DNA of 64,000 nt from Diadema antillarum (lineage: Eukaryota), in NCBI RefSeq assembly GCF_040938485.1, contig NW_027271164.1:2208064-2272063 (forward strand). The letters run 5' to 3'. Positions 1-12,806 of the stretch are shown piece after piece. The notes beneath the pieces were generated by a model, which searched no databases, was not told the origin of the DNA, and worked only from the letters and a program-made list of their open reading frames with translations. Position numbers and translations under genes: made by a program. Each line of letters starts with the position of its first letter. Position 1 is the first letter of the stretch.

Positions 1-310
1 GCCCCTGCTTAAGTACACATATTATGACCACTGTCAGGAATATATTCACTTTTTTCTTGCCTACTCGTAAAGACAATTCAAAGAGATACGAAAGTGCATG
101 CAAACACACAAACCTTTAAATGTGATGTCCTTTCATGTAATGACGATAAGAAAAACCCTCATCATTATTATCAAAGCGAAGAAGGAACATGCATGTCTGA
201 CACGAAAAGACGTTTTATGTACAAACAGCTATTGTATTAGTTCAGACCAAATTATCACTTAGGATTGGATGTGACAACTGATGTCATCTTTATGTGTTAT
301 GTATACACTA

Positions 311-360
<50 letters not shown>
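311..360. repeat. (AT)n dinucleotide microsatellite. Similar (AT)n/(TA)n runs lie at 448-470, 9277-9350, 10881-10965, 15633-15690 and 27907-27935.
   Basis: Direct reading. Confidence 0.95.
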
Positions 361-364
<4 letters not shown>

Positions 365-3300
365 TGGCGGGCCGAAAATTTTGTGAATAAAAACCTTGTT
401 GGAACTACAAATGGCGTACTTGAGACTCCTTCTTCTTCTTCTTCTTGTTATATGTATATATATATATATATACATGTGTGTGTGTGTGTGTATGTATTCG
501 ATGATGAAGGACAAACAAAACGTTATTGTTTATTAGTGCATTGGTCTTTGTAATCTAGATCATTCCATTTACGTTAGATTATCACCCAATGTCCCATTGT
601 GTATCTTTAGTTCCAGGCTGTATTACAGTAAATCGCTCCTTTGGGGCTAAAATTGCGTCTTGAATAATGAATGGTTGGATTCTAATGACTGCGATTTCCT
701 TGCCCCCGTGTTAACGGCAAGAGCTCTCTCTAATTACCATCTTTCCCCATCGCATCGTTGTTGCTCCGTCCCTCGAGATGTCTATGGCGACACTAAATCC
801 CCTCTATCCAAACACTGATCCCACGGAGGGTAGAATCAGAGCCGACACGAGGTTAATACTCATCTTCCTCAAGCTCAACGCAAACTCTGGTCATCTACAC
901 TGACTTACCATTTGTACAATAAAATGATTGAAAATGATGACTGTGAGAAGCAATGTTAATCTGTTGTAAGCAGCTGTTAAGTAATCCAAGAAATGATTCG
1001 TTTTGGAAAAAGACATGATTAAGCGTAAGCTTATATGATACAGCCTTTTTTCTGCAATTGCTCCCCTTATTGTATCTTTAAATGATTTTTCTTTATTAAC
1101 AATGTACCGTGTAATTTGTATTGAATAATTGTCAATATTTTGTATTCATGGAGTTTATAAATTCTTCTTTAAAAATCCTACGATTTGTACAAAAGAAAAA
1201 TGTATTTGTATATTACGCTTGTCGTAAAATTGCAGAAAAAAATAGATATCAAATATCAAAATTAAAGGTTGATTGACTATGCAAATCTGCTTCATCAACC
1301 GACTAAGATACTGAGTGCAGTTAAACAGCGATAAGATAAGACAAAGTAAGAGACGATTTAATGGACCAAACCATACGAAATCTTTACTCAGTGGGATCTG
1401 TCAGGGATCAGTGTTTCAAATTTCAGTAGAAGTATTTACATTTTGTGTCATATTCATACCATTATGCGTGCTTGATGTAAAACACACAAAAATAACTAAC
1501 TGTAATGAGAATAACTTAGAAAGAAAAAATTGCCAGGTTCTTTCGTAAATATTTTCTGTGCCCCCACCCAAGGCCTTCCCCGAGCGACCTCCCTGCGAGC
1601 CCAAAATTCATCAGGCGGTATTATTTTGTTTTGTTCACTGAAAATTGATTTCAACTGTACTAGCTTCAAAATTCATACATCTAATCTTTGCTTGGGGTAT
1701 GTCGCTTCCTGTATATAGCAGTTATGTATTCAAGTAGTCCACAATTTCTATTGCTTCTATACTGAACATGCGAATTGCTTTATTTTTTGACCACCTGATT
1801 TCTTCTATGTTCACATTCAATTCATTTTGCCCGTTGCGAATAAAAGTTTCAAATAATCACTAACTACGTTATTGATCGTTGAGCTTTTGTCTTCATTTTG
1901 CTACAAATCGTAGCTCTGTCATGAGATTTCCTGGAAGAACATGTTTTCGAGGAATACATACAGGCATAAACGAAGTCATATAGGAATACACATCACATAA
2001 TTTATCTAGCTTTTGTGGTAATGCAGGAGTTTATCAGTACATTGTCACTCATTGGCTGCACTGTGTTACTTATACCATGACTTCACCGAACATTACCACA
2101 ATTTTCTATCATCCTCCATAGAAGTAATGTACATAGATGTATATACATATAATGTATGTGTTATGTGTGAGTGTTGATGAACTCTAACCAAACTGAAACG
2201 AACCTTCCTAAATGACTGCAGGATCCCATCCATGGAATTGATATTTTAGCCTTGTTTCTGTTATTGATATCCAGTTTCATTTGGCACATCAAATCCTTGC
2301 TTTCTATAATTTTATGCTACATCCACGTTGCAATTTTTAGCAGAGCAGATCATACAAATAATTGTATATCATCCTACCCACAGTATCCTCCCTCCTACTT
2401 TCATGCTTAACCTGCTGGTACCTTTACGGCATGTAGCCAGTTCCATTATTTTTCTCTCATCCATCAAATCCTTTCCAGAGAGTGGGAACCCATTCAATCC
2501 ATTGCGGTGTTGTGTTTCACGGATTAATTAGGCAAGAGTATGAGTTTGTCAGATGTCAGATTAATTACGAAAACAGATAAGAGGTAATTGAGAGAAAATG
2601 GCGCTGTTTCTATAATTAGCTCGAATGCACATTTCCAGCGACAAAGATTGCAATTGGACATTTAGAGATTACAGAGCCATTTATTACGCCATTAATTTTC
2701 AAAAGCACGTTTTTGAAATAGCCACAAATTGTTAATTTGCCTGCCGACAGAGAGGGGGGTGGGGGGGGGGGGGGGGGAGGGAGGGAGAGAGTAGCGTACT
2801 CAGCCAAATTAGAAACATAAATCTCAGGCATCTACATTTTCCGTTGTAATAACTAAATTCATGTCTGTACTTCAGGAAACCAAATTTTTAAGCGGTGACA
2901 ATTCCACTCGATTGAATCAATAAACCCGTTAATCTTGTGAAACTTCATTTGATTTGAATTTCACTTTACTTATTTGATTTCAATTCTAATTTATTTGATA
3001 AAATGTATATTTTATTGGCTGCTTCAGCTTCTTTTAAATAACGATCGTCTTCAAATGCCATGGCGAAGAAGACTAATGGTGTATGTTGACTCCCTCCCCC
3101 CCCCCCCAAAAAAAAAAATAGTGAAAGGATGATAGGCAAAATGCTAGCAATATTTCATTACGCCATACTATTATTGTTGGATTTATCGAGTCGTTCTTAT
3201 CGCATGAAGATACGACCACAGCTACGCTTTCGTTGATACGATTTGGATGGGGAAATTAACATTTTACACAAAAAGGAATCAGCAGACTGGATATCTCGAT

Positions 3301-4489
3301 TGAATACAGTCATAAGACTTGAAGAAAACATTAAAACACTGCCTCACGTAAAAACGAGAATTCTATGAGACAGAAACAAAAGAAATAGTTCAAGTGAAAA
3401 TTGAATTATATTAGATATTTGCTGGGAATTTAAGTCAATTCCCCTTTTATTTTTTGTTAAAACAAAAGAAATAAAAAGAAAAAATGGGGGGGGGGGAGTC
3501 GTGCGTCCCCTTTAATTTTGTAAAGGCGCCCCCCTTTTACGGAATTCCTGGATCCGCCCCTGACTCCTAATAATCATGATCAATCTCGTATGCCGTTCAA
3601 TTGCGAAAAGAAATCTGAATAGATTCCCACTATCTGACAATGATAATGTTATTATCATTATAAGAATCATTACTGTCCTTTTTGTTATTTATATCATCGC
3701 CATCATCATTTAGCAAAAGGACGACAATGAATAATGTGATGTAATATAACTACATCACATTTTTAAAGCAAATTTTACAACTTCTATTGCTTTTGCAGCT
3801 TTGATATATGGAAGGCGTTTAGGCGAACCTTATCGTCAATCCTTTCTTTCCCTGGAAGCCAATGCAATGAATATATCAAAGTAATGATGCTAGATAATTA
3901 CGATGATGTTGATCGAGTAGCTCATACTGTCATACATTATATAAATTGCCCAACTTTGTAAGCTTTGTAATCTTCTTAAATGCATTTTTGACATCTTAGT
4001 CAAGAGACCGTTATGTAACAGATATCTAATCGAGTGATTTGAATAGAGGGGTTATGAGGTAGGAAAGCTGTAACCCTCTTAGCACAGATTTCTACAAGCT
4101 GAATGGTGGTTTAAAATCTGTATTTGTTTTCTTTTTTTTTACTGACTAGTTCTTTTATGGGGTTAATGGAAATAATGGATGGATGAATGGATGGATGAAT
4201 GAAACGATAGAGGATTGGAAGGGTAGTAGGGTAGAAATATTATACAAAATATTATACAATCTATATTATACAATAATGTATAGTGTGCGTATTATCAGGT
4301 AACATAGCTAAGACTTCTGTTTTCACGTAATTATAATGTTCAATTCAATTCAATTCAATTCAGTTTTTATTTTCCATCCAACAAAGAGTGAAACAAAATA
4401 TACTATAATATCAACCATGCGCAAAATGATCACATTGTTTGATTACTTACAATCAAAGAAGAAAGAAGTTAGAGGGTGCAAGGGACTTT

Positions 4490-4715
4490 TCGCTTCAAAT
4501 TCTTCCAAAAGCACCAAATTTGACAGACATGTAGCCCAGACAGCACTATTTCAATTTTTGGTGGTCGCTAAGAAGGGCACCCTCTGGGGGGCCATATTGG
4601 ATTTAACCAATATGGCCGCCCCTGGAAGCGCCAGTTTAGGCGCCCATTAAAAATCGAAAAAGTATGACATAAATGACCTGTGGGTCAATTTTGGTGCTTT
4701 TGGAAGAATTTGAAC
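4490..4715 (+). repeat. Palindromic MITE-like hairpin. Outer arms are ttcttccaaaagcaccaaatttgacag / ctgtgggtcaattttggtgcttttggaagaa. The inner palindrome is ggccatattggatttaaccaatatggcc.
   Basis: The arms are reverse complements. This explains the spurious 104-aa ORF 4336-4650. Confidence 0.6.
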
Positions 4716-5280
4716 CAAACACCCTATATTATGCCCTTAGGCCCCCGACTAAACGCAATGTGAATCGCAAAGTATATATACTTGTAATATGATATGATAT
4801 AAGTATAATAACCAATAACACCTGTGCATGCTTTGAAGGATAACAAAGAAGTAGGTATGGAAAAAGAGCGGTCCACTAAAAAGTAAGGCTCGTAATACAT
4901 GGATTAATCAAAACTAAATTTTCCATAATTTCTGAAAGGTTTTGCTAAGATCTCCCTTATTGTGTGTGTGTGTCATTTTATTTTGTAGTTGTTGTTGCTG
5001 CAATTACTCGGAAAAAAAAAGTTATGTTTGTGTTTTCACGAATTTTACATGACTATGAAAGGAAACGCTAAAGGTGCTTATGAGCAAGCTGTCACGATAC
5101 TGACGACTTATATTTAGTCTGAAGGACTGTCGAAGGCAGCGAGAATAGAGTGAGTGCCTTGACTAGGTCACAGCCGCTGTCATGATGGAGGACGCGAACC
5201 AGAGACCCCACGATTTAAGACCCATGCATGGTCTCATCTCCATATCCATGAAAACGGCTCAGTACAACCCACTGAGAGTT

Positions 5281-5395
5281 ATGTTATGATATGATATGTT
5301 ATGTTATGTTATGTTATGTTATGTTATGTTATGTTATGTTATGTTATGCTATGTTATGTTATGTTATGCTATGTTATGCTATGCCATGTTATTAG
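5281..5395 (+). repeat. Pentanucleotide microsatellite (ATGTT/ATGCT)n
   Basis: Direct reading. Confidence 0.95.
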
Positions 5396-5659
5396 TATGC
5401 AAGGATGTAAATGTGAGAAAGTATGAAAAAGAGCTGTATGTAAAAATGATTTACTGAATGAAACTTTCATGGGTAACAATAATTCACTTATATTTTCAAA
5501 TAATCTTCTTCATTATTTAATTAGTTTCTTCGTGTAAAGTGGGAAGTGAGGGTAATGCTATGAACAATACTTTGACGAAAATGTTCACAATTTGTGTGTG
5601 GTTGGAATAGAGAACGACGGAATGTTGGAACTGATTCTTCGCATGTTTTTGTTTTTCAG

Positions 5660-5832
5660 GTAAGGAGATGGTTGATTACATCGCTGACTACCTCACGACG
5701 ATTCGATCAAGACGTACTTTACCTGACGTACAGCCAGGTTACTTGAGAAACCTCATTCCAGAAAACGCTCCCATTGAAGGCGATAGATGGAGTGACATCA
5801 TGTCAGACATCGAGAGGGTGATCATGCCTGGG
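5660..5832 (+). CDS. hdc: Histidine decarboxylase exon. Encodes (G)[57 protein letters not shown]. Acceptor tttttcag|, donor |gtaagt. Not the first coding exon: starts in phase 2, so the conserved N-terminal (M..EYRxRG) exon lies upstream.
   Basis: The ORF 5668..6117 frame matches the HDC/DDC N-terminal block (REMVDY...PDVQPGYLR...DIERIIMPG). The in-frame KE before the ATG matches the conserved RGKEMVDY. Consensus splice sites flank it. Confidence 0.85.
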
Positions 5833-7740
5833 GTAAGTCTCCAACTAAGGAATGTGATATGTTTTAATGTGGATGACTGCATGTTGTGCAAGTACATATT
5901 ATGTCATCACATAAAATATACATGTAATAGGTACACATCTATTCCTACACACACAAATAGATATATTGAGCGGATGATTAGAATTTTTAAAATCTGGGAC
6001 GGTATCATAAATATGCATTCATATACACATTACGATGACATTACTCTTAACACCTCTCACTCTAATTTCTCTTGGCATCGTTCTACAATCTTAAGGACTA
6101 CTGTAGTATTACCTTGACATGTACCCATGGGAGTATTTTCTTTGACTTCCTTTAACGTTTGCCAGGAGAATCATTTCGTGTCATCCCATTACCATGCCCA
6201 CCCGCCGCGGCTTTTCCTTTATGCCAGGTGGCATTATTTCCCTTCCATACATAATTTAACGGAAGATGTTTCCTCTTATCTGGCAATAACCCGGCTGTTG
6301 GCATCATGCAAGTGGAATTTACCCACCAGCCTTATCATAAATCCCCCTTTTGGGAAGAAGTTTGGATCAGTCTGAACTCACTGCAGAAGCCTTCGTCATT
6401 CTTGGACGATCAAATCGTCGATGAATCGTGGTCGTTGTGCAGAGTGCTTCCGCGATAAATTGACGTCAAATTGAGAAGACGAGGATCGGTGTGGTATCCA
6501 AGTCATCTATCCCTACCGGAGGAAATGCATCTACAGCACGGATTAGGGGCGTGATATCGGCGATGGAGGTTAGATTGAAAATATGAAACAATGACGTCAT
6601 GCCTCAAAACGAGCAAAGTAAAACGGCCTTACAACATCGTCACATAACATGAATAGGGGAAGAGGCAATTTAACATTTACCCTACCTTGTGGTCCCTGCC
6701 TAAAGGTTGAGTAGCATCTCATGTCGCATCATTTTCATCACTTCAACATAGCATGGCTGGAAGAGAAGGATGTCAATGCAAACGAATAATGCTAAAACTT
6801 GTGGTAGCATTTAAAGCCTGTTTTCCTCTTAAAAGTGACGACAGAATTTAATCTAGTGTTTGTTATTTTTGGAAAATTCTTAATGCTATTTTTCTAGATG
6901 ATGGAAAGTTACCTTTACCCTTTCCTTTCTACTCAATTGGAGGGAATGGGTTTCCGCGCTGGTTGCAGACACACATAACAGACTTGTCATATTCTTGCGC
7001 ACAATAATACGTATATCACAGTGCGCGCCTGACATCAGACAATTCAGAAATCTATACCAATTTCAACGATATCACTTCATTTATGTCATTCGCTTTCAAT
7101 TTAGAAGTCGAAAGTCTGAAAGGCAGTAAAGAAAAAAGTGCAGACAAAAAAATCATTATATCAGTCTCCATGACGTCATTCAAATTGATTCAATCTCACT
7201 CTGCTAACGATTATTGAAGCCAAGATTGCTTCAAACACAGCATCATTCGGCAGATTGGTCCCGAGAGAACAGAAGAAAACTTTGATAATCTGTCACATAA
7301 CCAACTGCAGTTTACCCAACAAATTTCTAAAAAGAATTCGTTCCTCTTCGTACTTTTATTCTAAATGATGTCCTGCGGATAAGTAGAGGATATGCGGGAG
7401 TATCACTAAGATTAAGGTTGTATCGTCGCCAATGGCATGTGCCCACTGTCCTATTCTTTAGGTAATCTGGAAGATTGGTTTGTAAGTATTCCACTAGAAG
7501 ATATAAACATAAAATACGAAATATTTGCAGACAACGAACGGATGTGCGATGGTTTTAAAGTCCACTGACATACAAAAAGTGCTAGTAAAAAAATGCCTTT
7601 TATTATTAAGTCTAGCATTTATTCATGCATATGTTAACCAATAATCAAAACATGTATACGTTTATTTGAATTTTCCAATAAATTTTGAAGCTTATTCTGA
7701 ATTTTTATTTTGAATTTTTGAAATCTTATTCTTCATATAT

Positions 7741-7990
7741 CTAGGAATCACCAGTCTGCAGAAGAACAGTATATAATGATAAAGAAAAGGATGGGAAAAC
7801 TTTAGGAGGAAACAAATAGAAGAAAAGATATAATAGAAAGAGAAGCGGAAAAACTGGCTAATCTGAGAAATGGAAGATAAACATAGAGAGAGAGAAGAGA
7901 TGAATGCAAGTTTACGAATGTAAACAAAGCGGAAGATGTAAGAAAAACTTAGGAGAATGATAGACATATAGACAGGAGGTCCTCTAAGAA
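7741..7990. repeat. Polypurine (AG-rich) low-complexity tract of about 250 bp. A second tract lies at 17040-17110.
   Basis: Direct reading. It explains the 178-aa - strand ORF 7692-8228. Confidence 0.8.
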
Positions 7991-9269
7991 GTGAACCCTG
8001 TTCTTGCTTTGTCAGCCTAGTGATCACCACGGGTTTCCATTTATGGGACCCTGTTACTATTTTGGACGAGATTTTCGACGGTGTATTCTGAGAGACAAAA
8101 TGGTAATTGACCCCAATCACTATCAGCCTACGAGTCACCTTTCCTTCTTTCTTTAGCTTTAAGTACTGCCGGGCGTTCCAGCACATTACCGAGCTAATTT
8201 CCTGTGGTATCGGGGCTCTGAATCCCATAAGAGGTGCTACAATTACTTTGGCTGCCTATAGCAGACATGACGCCAAGAGGTGTAGCAGCCCAGGCATCGA
8301 AATGAAGACCATGATAGGAATGCTAACTCCAAAATGTGAGCCATCTCTTTGCAGGAGCAGTACACTGTCCTGGCGACACTGAGCTTCTAACTCACACCTT
8401 ACAGTGGCTAATCGTGTTCATTTTGGCCTCATGGTGGCCAGTACGACAGACCAGAAATCCTTCACCACCCACCCGGGAGACGTGCCGTTATTCTGGCATT
8501 ATTCATGGGACAAATTAAGTACATTAGCTACTTTCTTGATAAGTTTGTGACAAACATGTACAAAGCTCGTTAGTTTTTGCAACCTCAGTTAAAAAAAAAA
8601 ACACACCAAAAAACTCAATTTTTGATGATGATGTGAACAATGTTAAAATCATTGATAGAATTATGACTACACACAGGAGGTTCATTTCATCAGTTCATCA
8701 TTGACTTTATTTGGAAATAACATGTTTATTATATCTGACATGTTACAATATAATGCTTCACCCTCTGTGTGAAACGTTTACTTCCGGGTCATAGGTTTGT
8801 GTGTGCACGTGTTGTGCACATTTAACTCATCGGCGCAGTAGAGTTAAAGCTTCTTTGCGGTGAAAGGCGATAAGATGAATATATAATCATACATACATAT
8901 TAGACGAGACTTTTTCAATTACTGCAAATAGCTATGAAAGTCATACAGTATACTTAAAAGAAATTTACAAGAGCATTTTATGTGCTTAAACAGATCTGCA
9001 TAGCACTTTTCTTATTTGGTAATTTTGGACGTATCATCTAGGTCACGTCGTTGAAGGATTTTTTTTTAATCCTTCCAATTTCGTGCCAATTTTTCTTTCA
9101 ATAATTAATCTTTTGATGTGTGTGCACACTTTTGGTTTCTTCTTTTCCGGAACTGCATTATCAAGCTTGTATGCACTATGTACTGTACAGTTTTAATTTC
9201 ACTAAAATCTTTAAGTCAATGAAGAACAGCCTCTGCCGGATTTGAGTGGCCGTGTTGAAATAAATAGAA

Positions 9270-9316
<47 letters not shown>

Positions 9317-9417
9317 GAATATATATATATGTATATACATTCATATATATATGTGTGATAAAAATGTGATAAAAACTTTAAATGCCATTTTAGGTTTTTA
9401 TCACACTTTTATCACAC

Positions 9418-10114
9418 ATATGTGACAGTTCACCTCAAGACGAACATACAGTCGCACACACTGATTTTGCGTGAGGACCAAAAATAAGTGAAATGGTTCA
9501 ACCTAGCCGAACTTGACTTTTTCATATTTTCTGAAAGAGCGGGTCTTCTTTTACACTATACTAAAATTTAGTATTATAAAACGGGCGGGAAAGTGTGTTT
9601 TTTTAGCAGTTTATCTCGAACATTTTTGGTAGAATAGTGTGATTAGGTGTGTCTTTAGAATCCTTTTTTCATTTCTGAAAAACCTTGTCCACACTCTTCA
9701 CTTTCAACTCTAATAACTTTTGAAAGGATAGTGCTACTGCTTTGAAAGTTGGCATTGATTATAGACAGAATGTGTTAATGAGGCATGCTTAATTTCAGTT
9801 TAATCTGATAATCCCTTCATTGTTGTTACTCTGATGGTTTACTTCCTTTTTTTTGTCCCATTCATCGCACAGCCAGCACGGTTTGGTAAAGATTAAGCGC
9901 TTGAATAGACACTGTACTTTAGAGCCTCTTTTCTCAGTTCACACTTTTCCTGAGTTTGTGCTTTCTTTCCAATATTTAGATAGGTTAGGAGAGTCCATTT
10001 GATTTGAGTTATACATCATTTTAAAGCTTAAGGTCTGCTCTTTCAGAATATGGTCTTAACTAAAAATTCATGTCTGGCGACTTTTTGTTTGTTTTGAGGT
10101 GCAGGGTCACATAT
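9418..10114 (+). mobile_element. Non-autonomous DNA element (MITE-like, about 700 bp) with terminal inverted repeats TATGTGAC…GTCACATA. Copy 1, in hdc intron 1, ends about 130 bp upstream of exon 2.
   Basis: About 85-90% identical by eye to 58594-59319 over its full length. The termini are inverted complements. Confidence 0.75.
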
Positions 10115-10246
10115 ATACATGTATATATATTAACATACATATATGATACATTCATTTACTTGTTTATCTACGAGTATTTATCTGTGTGTAAGCCAGCCTA
10201 CAGAGTCATCACCTTCCGTGTTTGCTTGCTGTCCACGCCCATCCAG

Positions 10247-10360
10247 ATTACTCATTGGCAGAGTCCTCACATGCACGCTTACTTCCCTGCTCTGACGTCA
10301 TATCCGTCCATGCTTGGAGATATGTTGGCTGACGCGATTGGCAACTTGGGCTTTACCTGG
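10247..10360 (+). CDS. hdc: HDC exon: [38 protein letters not shown] (phase 0/0), donor |gtacgt
   Basis: Almost identical to the vertebrate HDC block [38 protein letters not shown]. Acceptor ccatccag|. Confidence 0.9.
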
Positions 10361-10918
10361 GTACGTATTCAACATTTTTTTTTTTTTTGGTTGATGATTT
10401 AATTACACCTTTGAATTAAAAACATCAAGAAGAAATAAGCAGAGAAGCAAGTGGATGAAATTCGCGGAAGGCCAACAGATCACTGAAAATTACACGACAA
10501 TGTACAACACTTTGTTGTTACCACATCTTGCTGGTGTAAAGTATAAAGCATCTGCTGGCCTTCCTTTTCACAATCATGCCGTGTTGCCGTGTTTTTGTGT
10601 TTATGTCTATGTCTTTATGGGTTTTTTTTCTGCCCTGTTTGTCCTACAGGGTCTTTATTGTTTTGAATTACCCGTATTTTCTTTTCAATAAAAGTCGTTT
10701 CACCGTTTTCACGTTGATTGCATGAGTTGTCCACAGTATATACAAGCACTGCTTTAGTGGACCCTCATTTTTTTCCTCAGAAAATGGATACTGTAACAAG
10801 TTTGATTTGAAACTACGTAAAGATGCTTTAAATTTGTTAATTAAGTCAAATTTGCATTATACAGTCAACCATTGTGTACTCACATATATATATGCATATA
10901 TATATATATATATATATA

Positions 10919-10958
<40 letters not shown>

Positions 10959-11067
10959 CATATAAAGACGATGAAGACAAACAAGTTGACATAATGCATT
11001 AAATTCCAACTTCATTTATTTGTAAACCAAATTTTCGACCCTTGCGCGGGTCTTCCTCAGGGTAACA

Positions 11068-11196
11068 GTGATATTTGTATTTGAAGCTCAGCACAGAAAA
11101 AAAATAATGATAACAAAAAAACGACAACCAGGCGCGTTTCTTTGTTATCATTATTATTTTTCTGTGCTGAGCTTCAAATACAAATATCACAAAATC
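11068..11196 (+). repeat. Near-perfect hairpin of about 125 nt (arms about 50 bp, loop about 25 nt): gtgatatttgtatttgaagctcagcacagaaaaaaaataatgataacaaa … tttgttatcattattatttttctgtgctgagcttcaaatacaaatatcac
   Basis: Arms are reverse complements with 1-2 mismatches. It lies in hdc intron 2. Confidence 0.7.
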
Positions 11197-12754
11197 ACAA
11201 GCAGGAAATCCTTTGCCAGAATCCGCACGCGTTACACTTGTTATTAAAAGTCCTTAACGAATTCCGTAGAAGCGTTTGTTTCAACTCTTTTTTTTACCTA
11301 AAGGAAAGCTAATATAGATTTTGCTGCGTACATCATTACACACATCATTATTCTGGGAAGAACTTCTCACGGTACCCCGGAAAATAGCGAAAGGAAACTG
11401 TTCTCTCAAAGAGCATGTCAAATTCTTATGGCTCCAAGGTTTTTACCCTCCCTGACAGGTGTTATTTGGTAAAAAGGTCAGTTATCCCGCCAAGTGACTA
11501 ATGCTGACACAGAAAAGTATATCTCAAACCCTGTTCCAAGATAATTAACGACGGACGTGCCCGTGTGACGTGGAGATGGATGGCTGAGGGTTATGGAAAG
11601 AATAAACCTGATGAATAACTAATGAATCGTAGAGAAATCTTGCCTCTTGTGAGCTCCAGCGGCATCAATAACAGCTCACGTCTTTCCAACTGTTCTCATC
11701 TCATATTTTATGATACTTTATATCATTCGCTGACATAACTTTTGCTCCGGCCTTGCCCCACCCCCCTTTCAACCAATGTCTTTTGAAACTGTTGAAATTC
11801 ATGGTAAATCCTTGCTCATTTGTGTTTTCTTTGGAGTTATATTGCCATTCCTATACAGAATTTGTGCAAGAAAACACTAAACACGTTAGTCATAATGGTG
11901 GACGGTAACAAGGAAACATATTGCCTAAATGTCTAAAGACATGGCTAAAACTGCCAGTACCTTTGGTTGTTATCGTTGATCAATCCATGGAGTTGATACA
12001 CATATGGACTGTTAACGAATGTCTTTCTTTAGTCCCATCATCACCATCACTACCTGATCAATATGCATCTGAATGAGTATATTCAAATGTGTGGACAATG
12101 ACGATTGTCAATCGTGCATCGTCACTGACAAACGAACAATTTCCCTCATTTCCATCATTGATTATTTGGCTGAGGTGCCTTTTCAAGATCAAATGCTTTC
12201 GAATAAATACCAAACCTAAAAAACATTAAAAATTTTGTGTTACGAAATTGGAAATTACTAAAATATACACTTGTGGACACACATGTAATGTTGCTCAATG
12301 TTAAGACATACATGTCTACGTTTGCTCTGTAACAATGTGCGAAAAATGTCAAAATTAGATCACAAATTACAATCAACCAGCCAAAATATTTGCTTTCTCT
12401 TGTAAAGTACGTGTATGTCGCAAATGAGATTGGTTGAGCAATGATTTCCAAATTTATACTTCAACTGCCCATGACTATTTGTGATTTAAGAAAGTTATCA
12501 TCTTCTGCGCATGTAGTTTCAGAACTACATGCCGTCTTGTTTCTATCCAGGCATTCTGTCGGCGGTAATGATGAGATCAAAGTAGGAAAGCATGCTTAAA
12601 ATTATATAGTGACTCTTTTGACAGAAACAGGTGCATGAATTGATTAACTGAATGTCCATGTAAAATAAGTCCATGGTCAATCATTAACATCTCCAGTTAC
12701 ACAAACGTATATCGTCGAGTAAAGGTTGACATAGAAAAATGCGGTTTATTACAG

Positions 12755-12806
12755 GCATCGAGTCCGGCCTGCACGGAGCTGGAGAAGGTGGTCATGGACT
12801 GGCTGG
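12755..12806 (+). CDS. hdc: HDC exon: ASSPACTELEKVVMDWL + G (ends in phase 1), donor |gtaagt
   Basis: Matches HDC ASSPACTELEMNVMDWL. Acceptor tttattacag|. Confidence 0.9.

Noticed and set aside
4336-4650. 104-aa + strand ORF
   Set aside because: It lies entirely within a palindromic, MITE-like inverted repeat. The ORF is a by-product of repeat symmetry and has no coding-like codon bias.
5183-5285. ATGATGGAGGAC… (MMEDANQRPHDLRP…) as the hdc start codon, given that HDC begins MMEPEEYRERG
   Set aside because: No EYRxRG motif follows. There is no GT donor in phase 1 to join exon 5660, and a stop follows after 34 codons. The true exon 1 remains unlocated.
7692-8228. 178-aa - strand ORF
   Set aside because: It runs through a 250-bp polypurine tract and has no recognisable domain. 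It is a low-complexity artefact.
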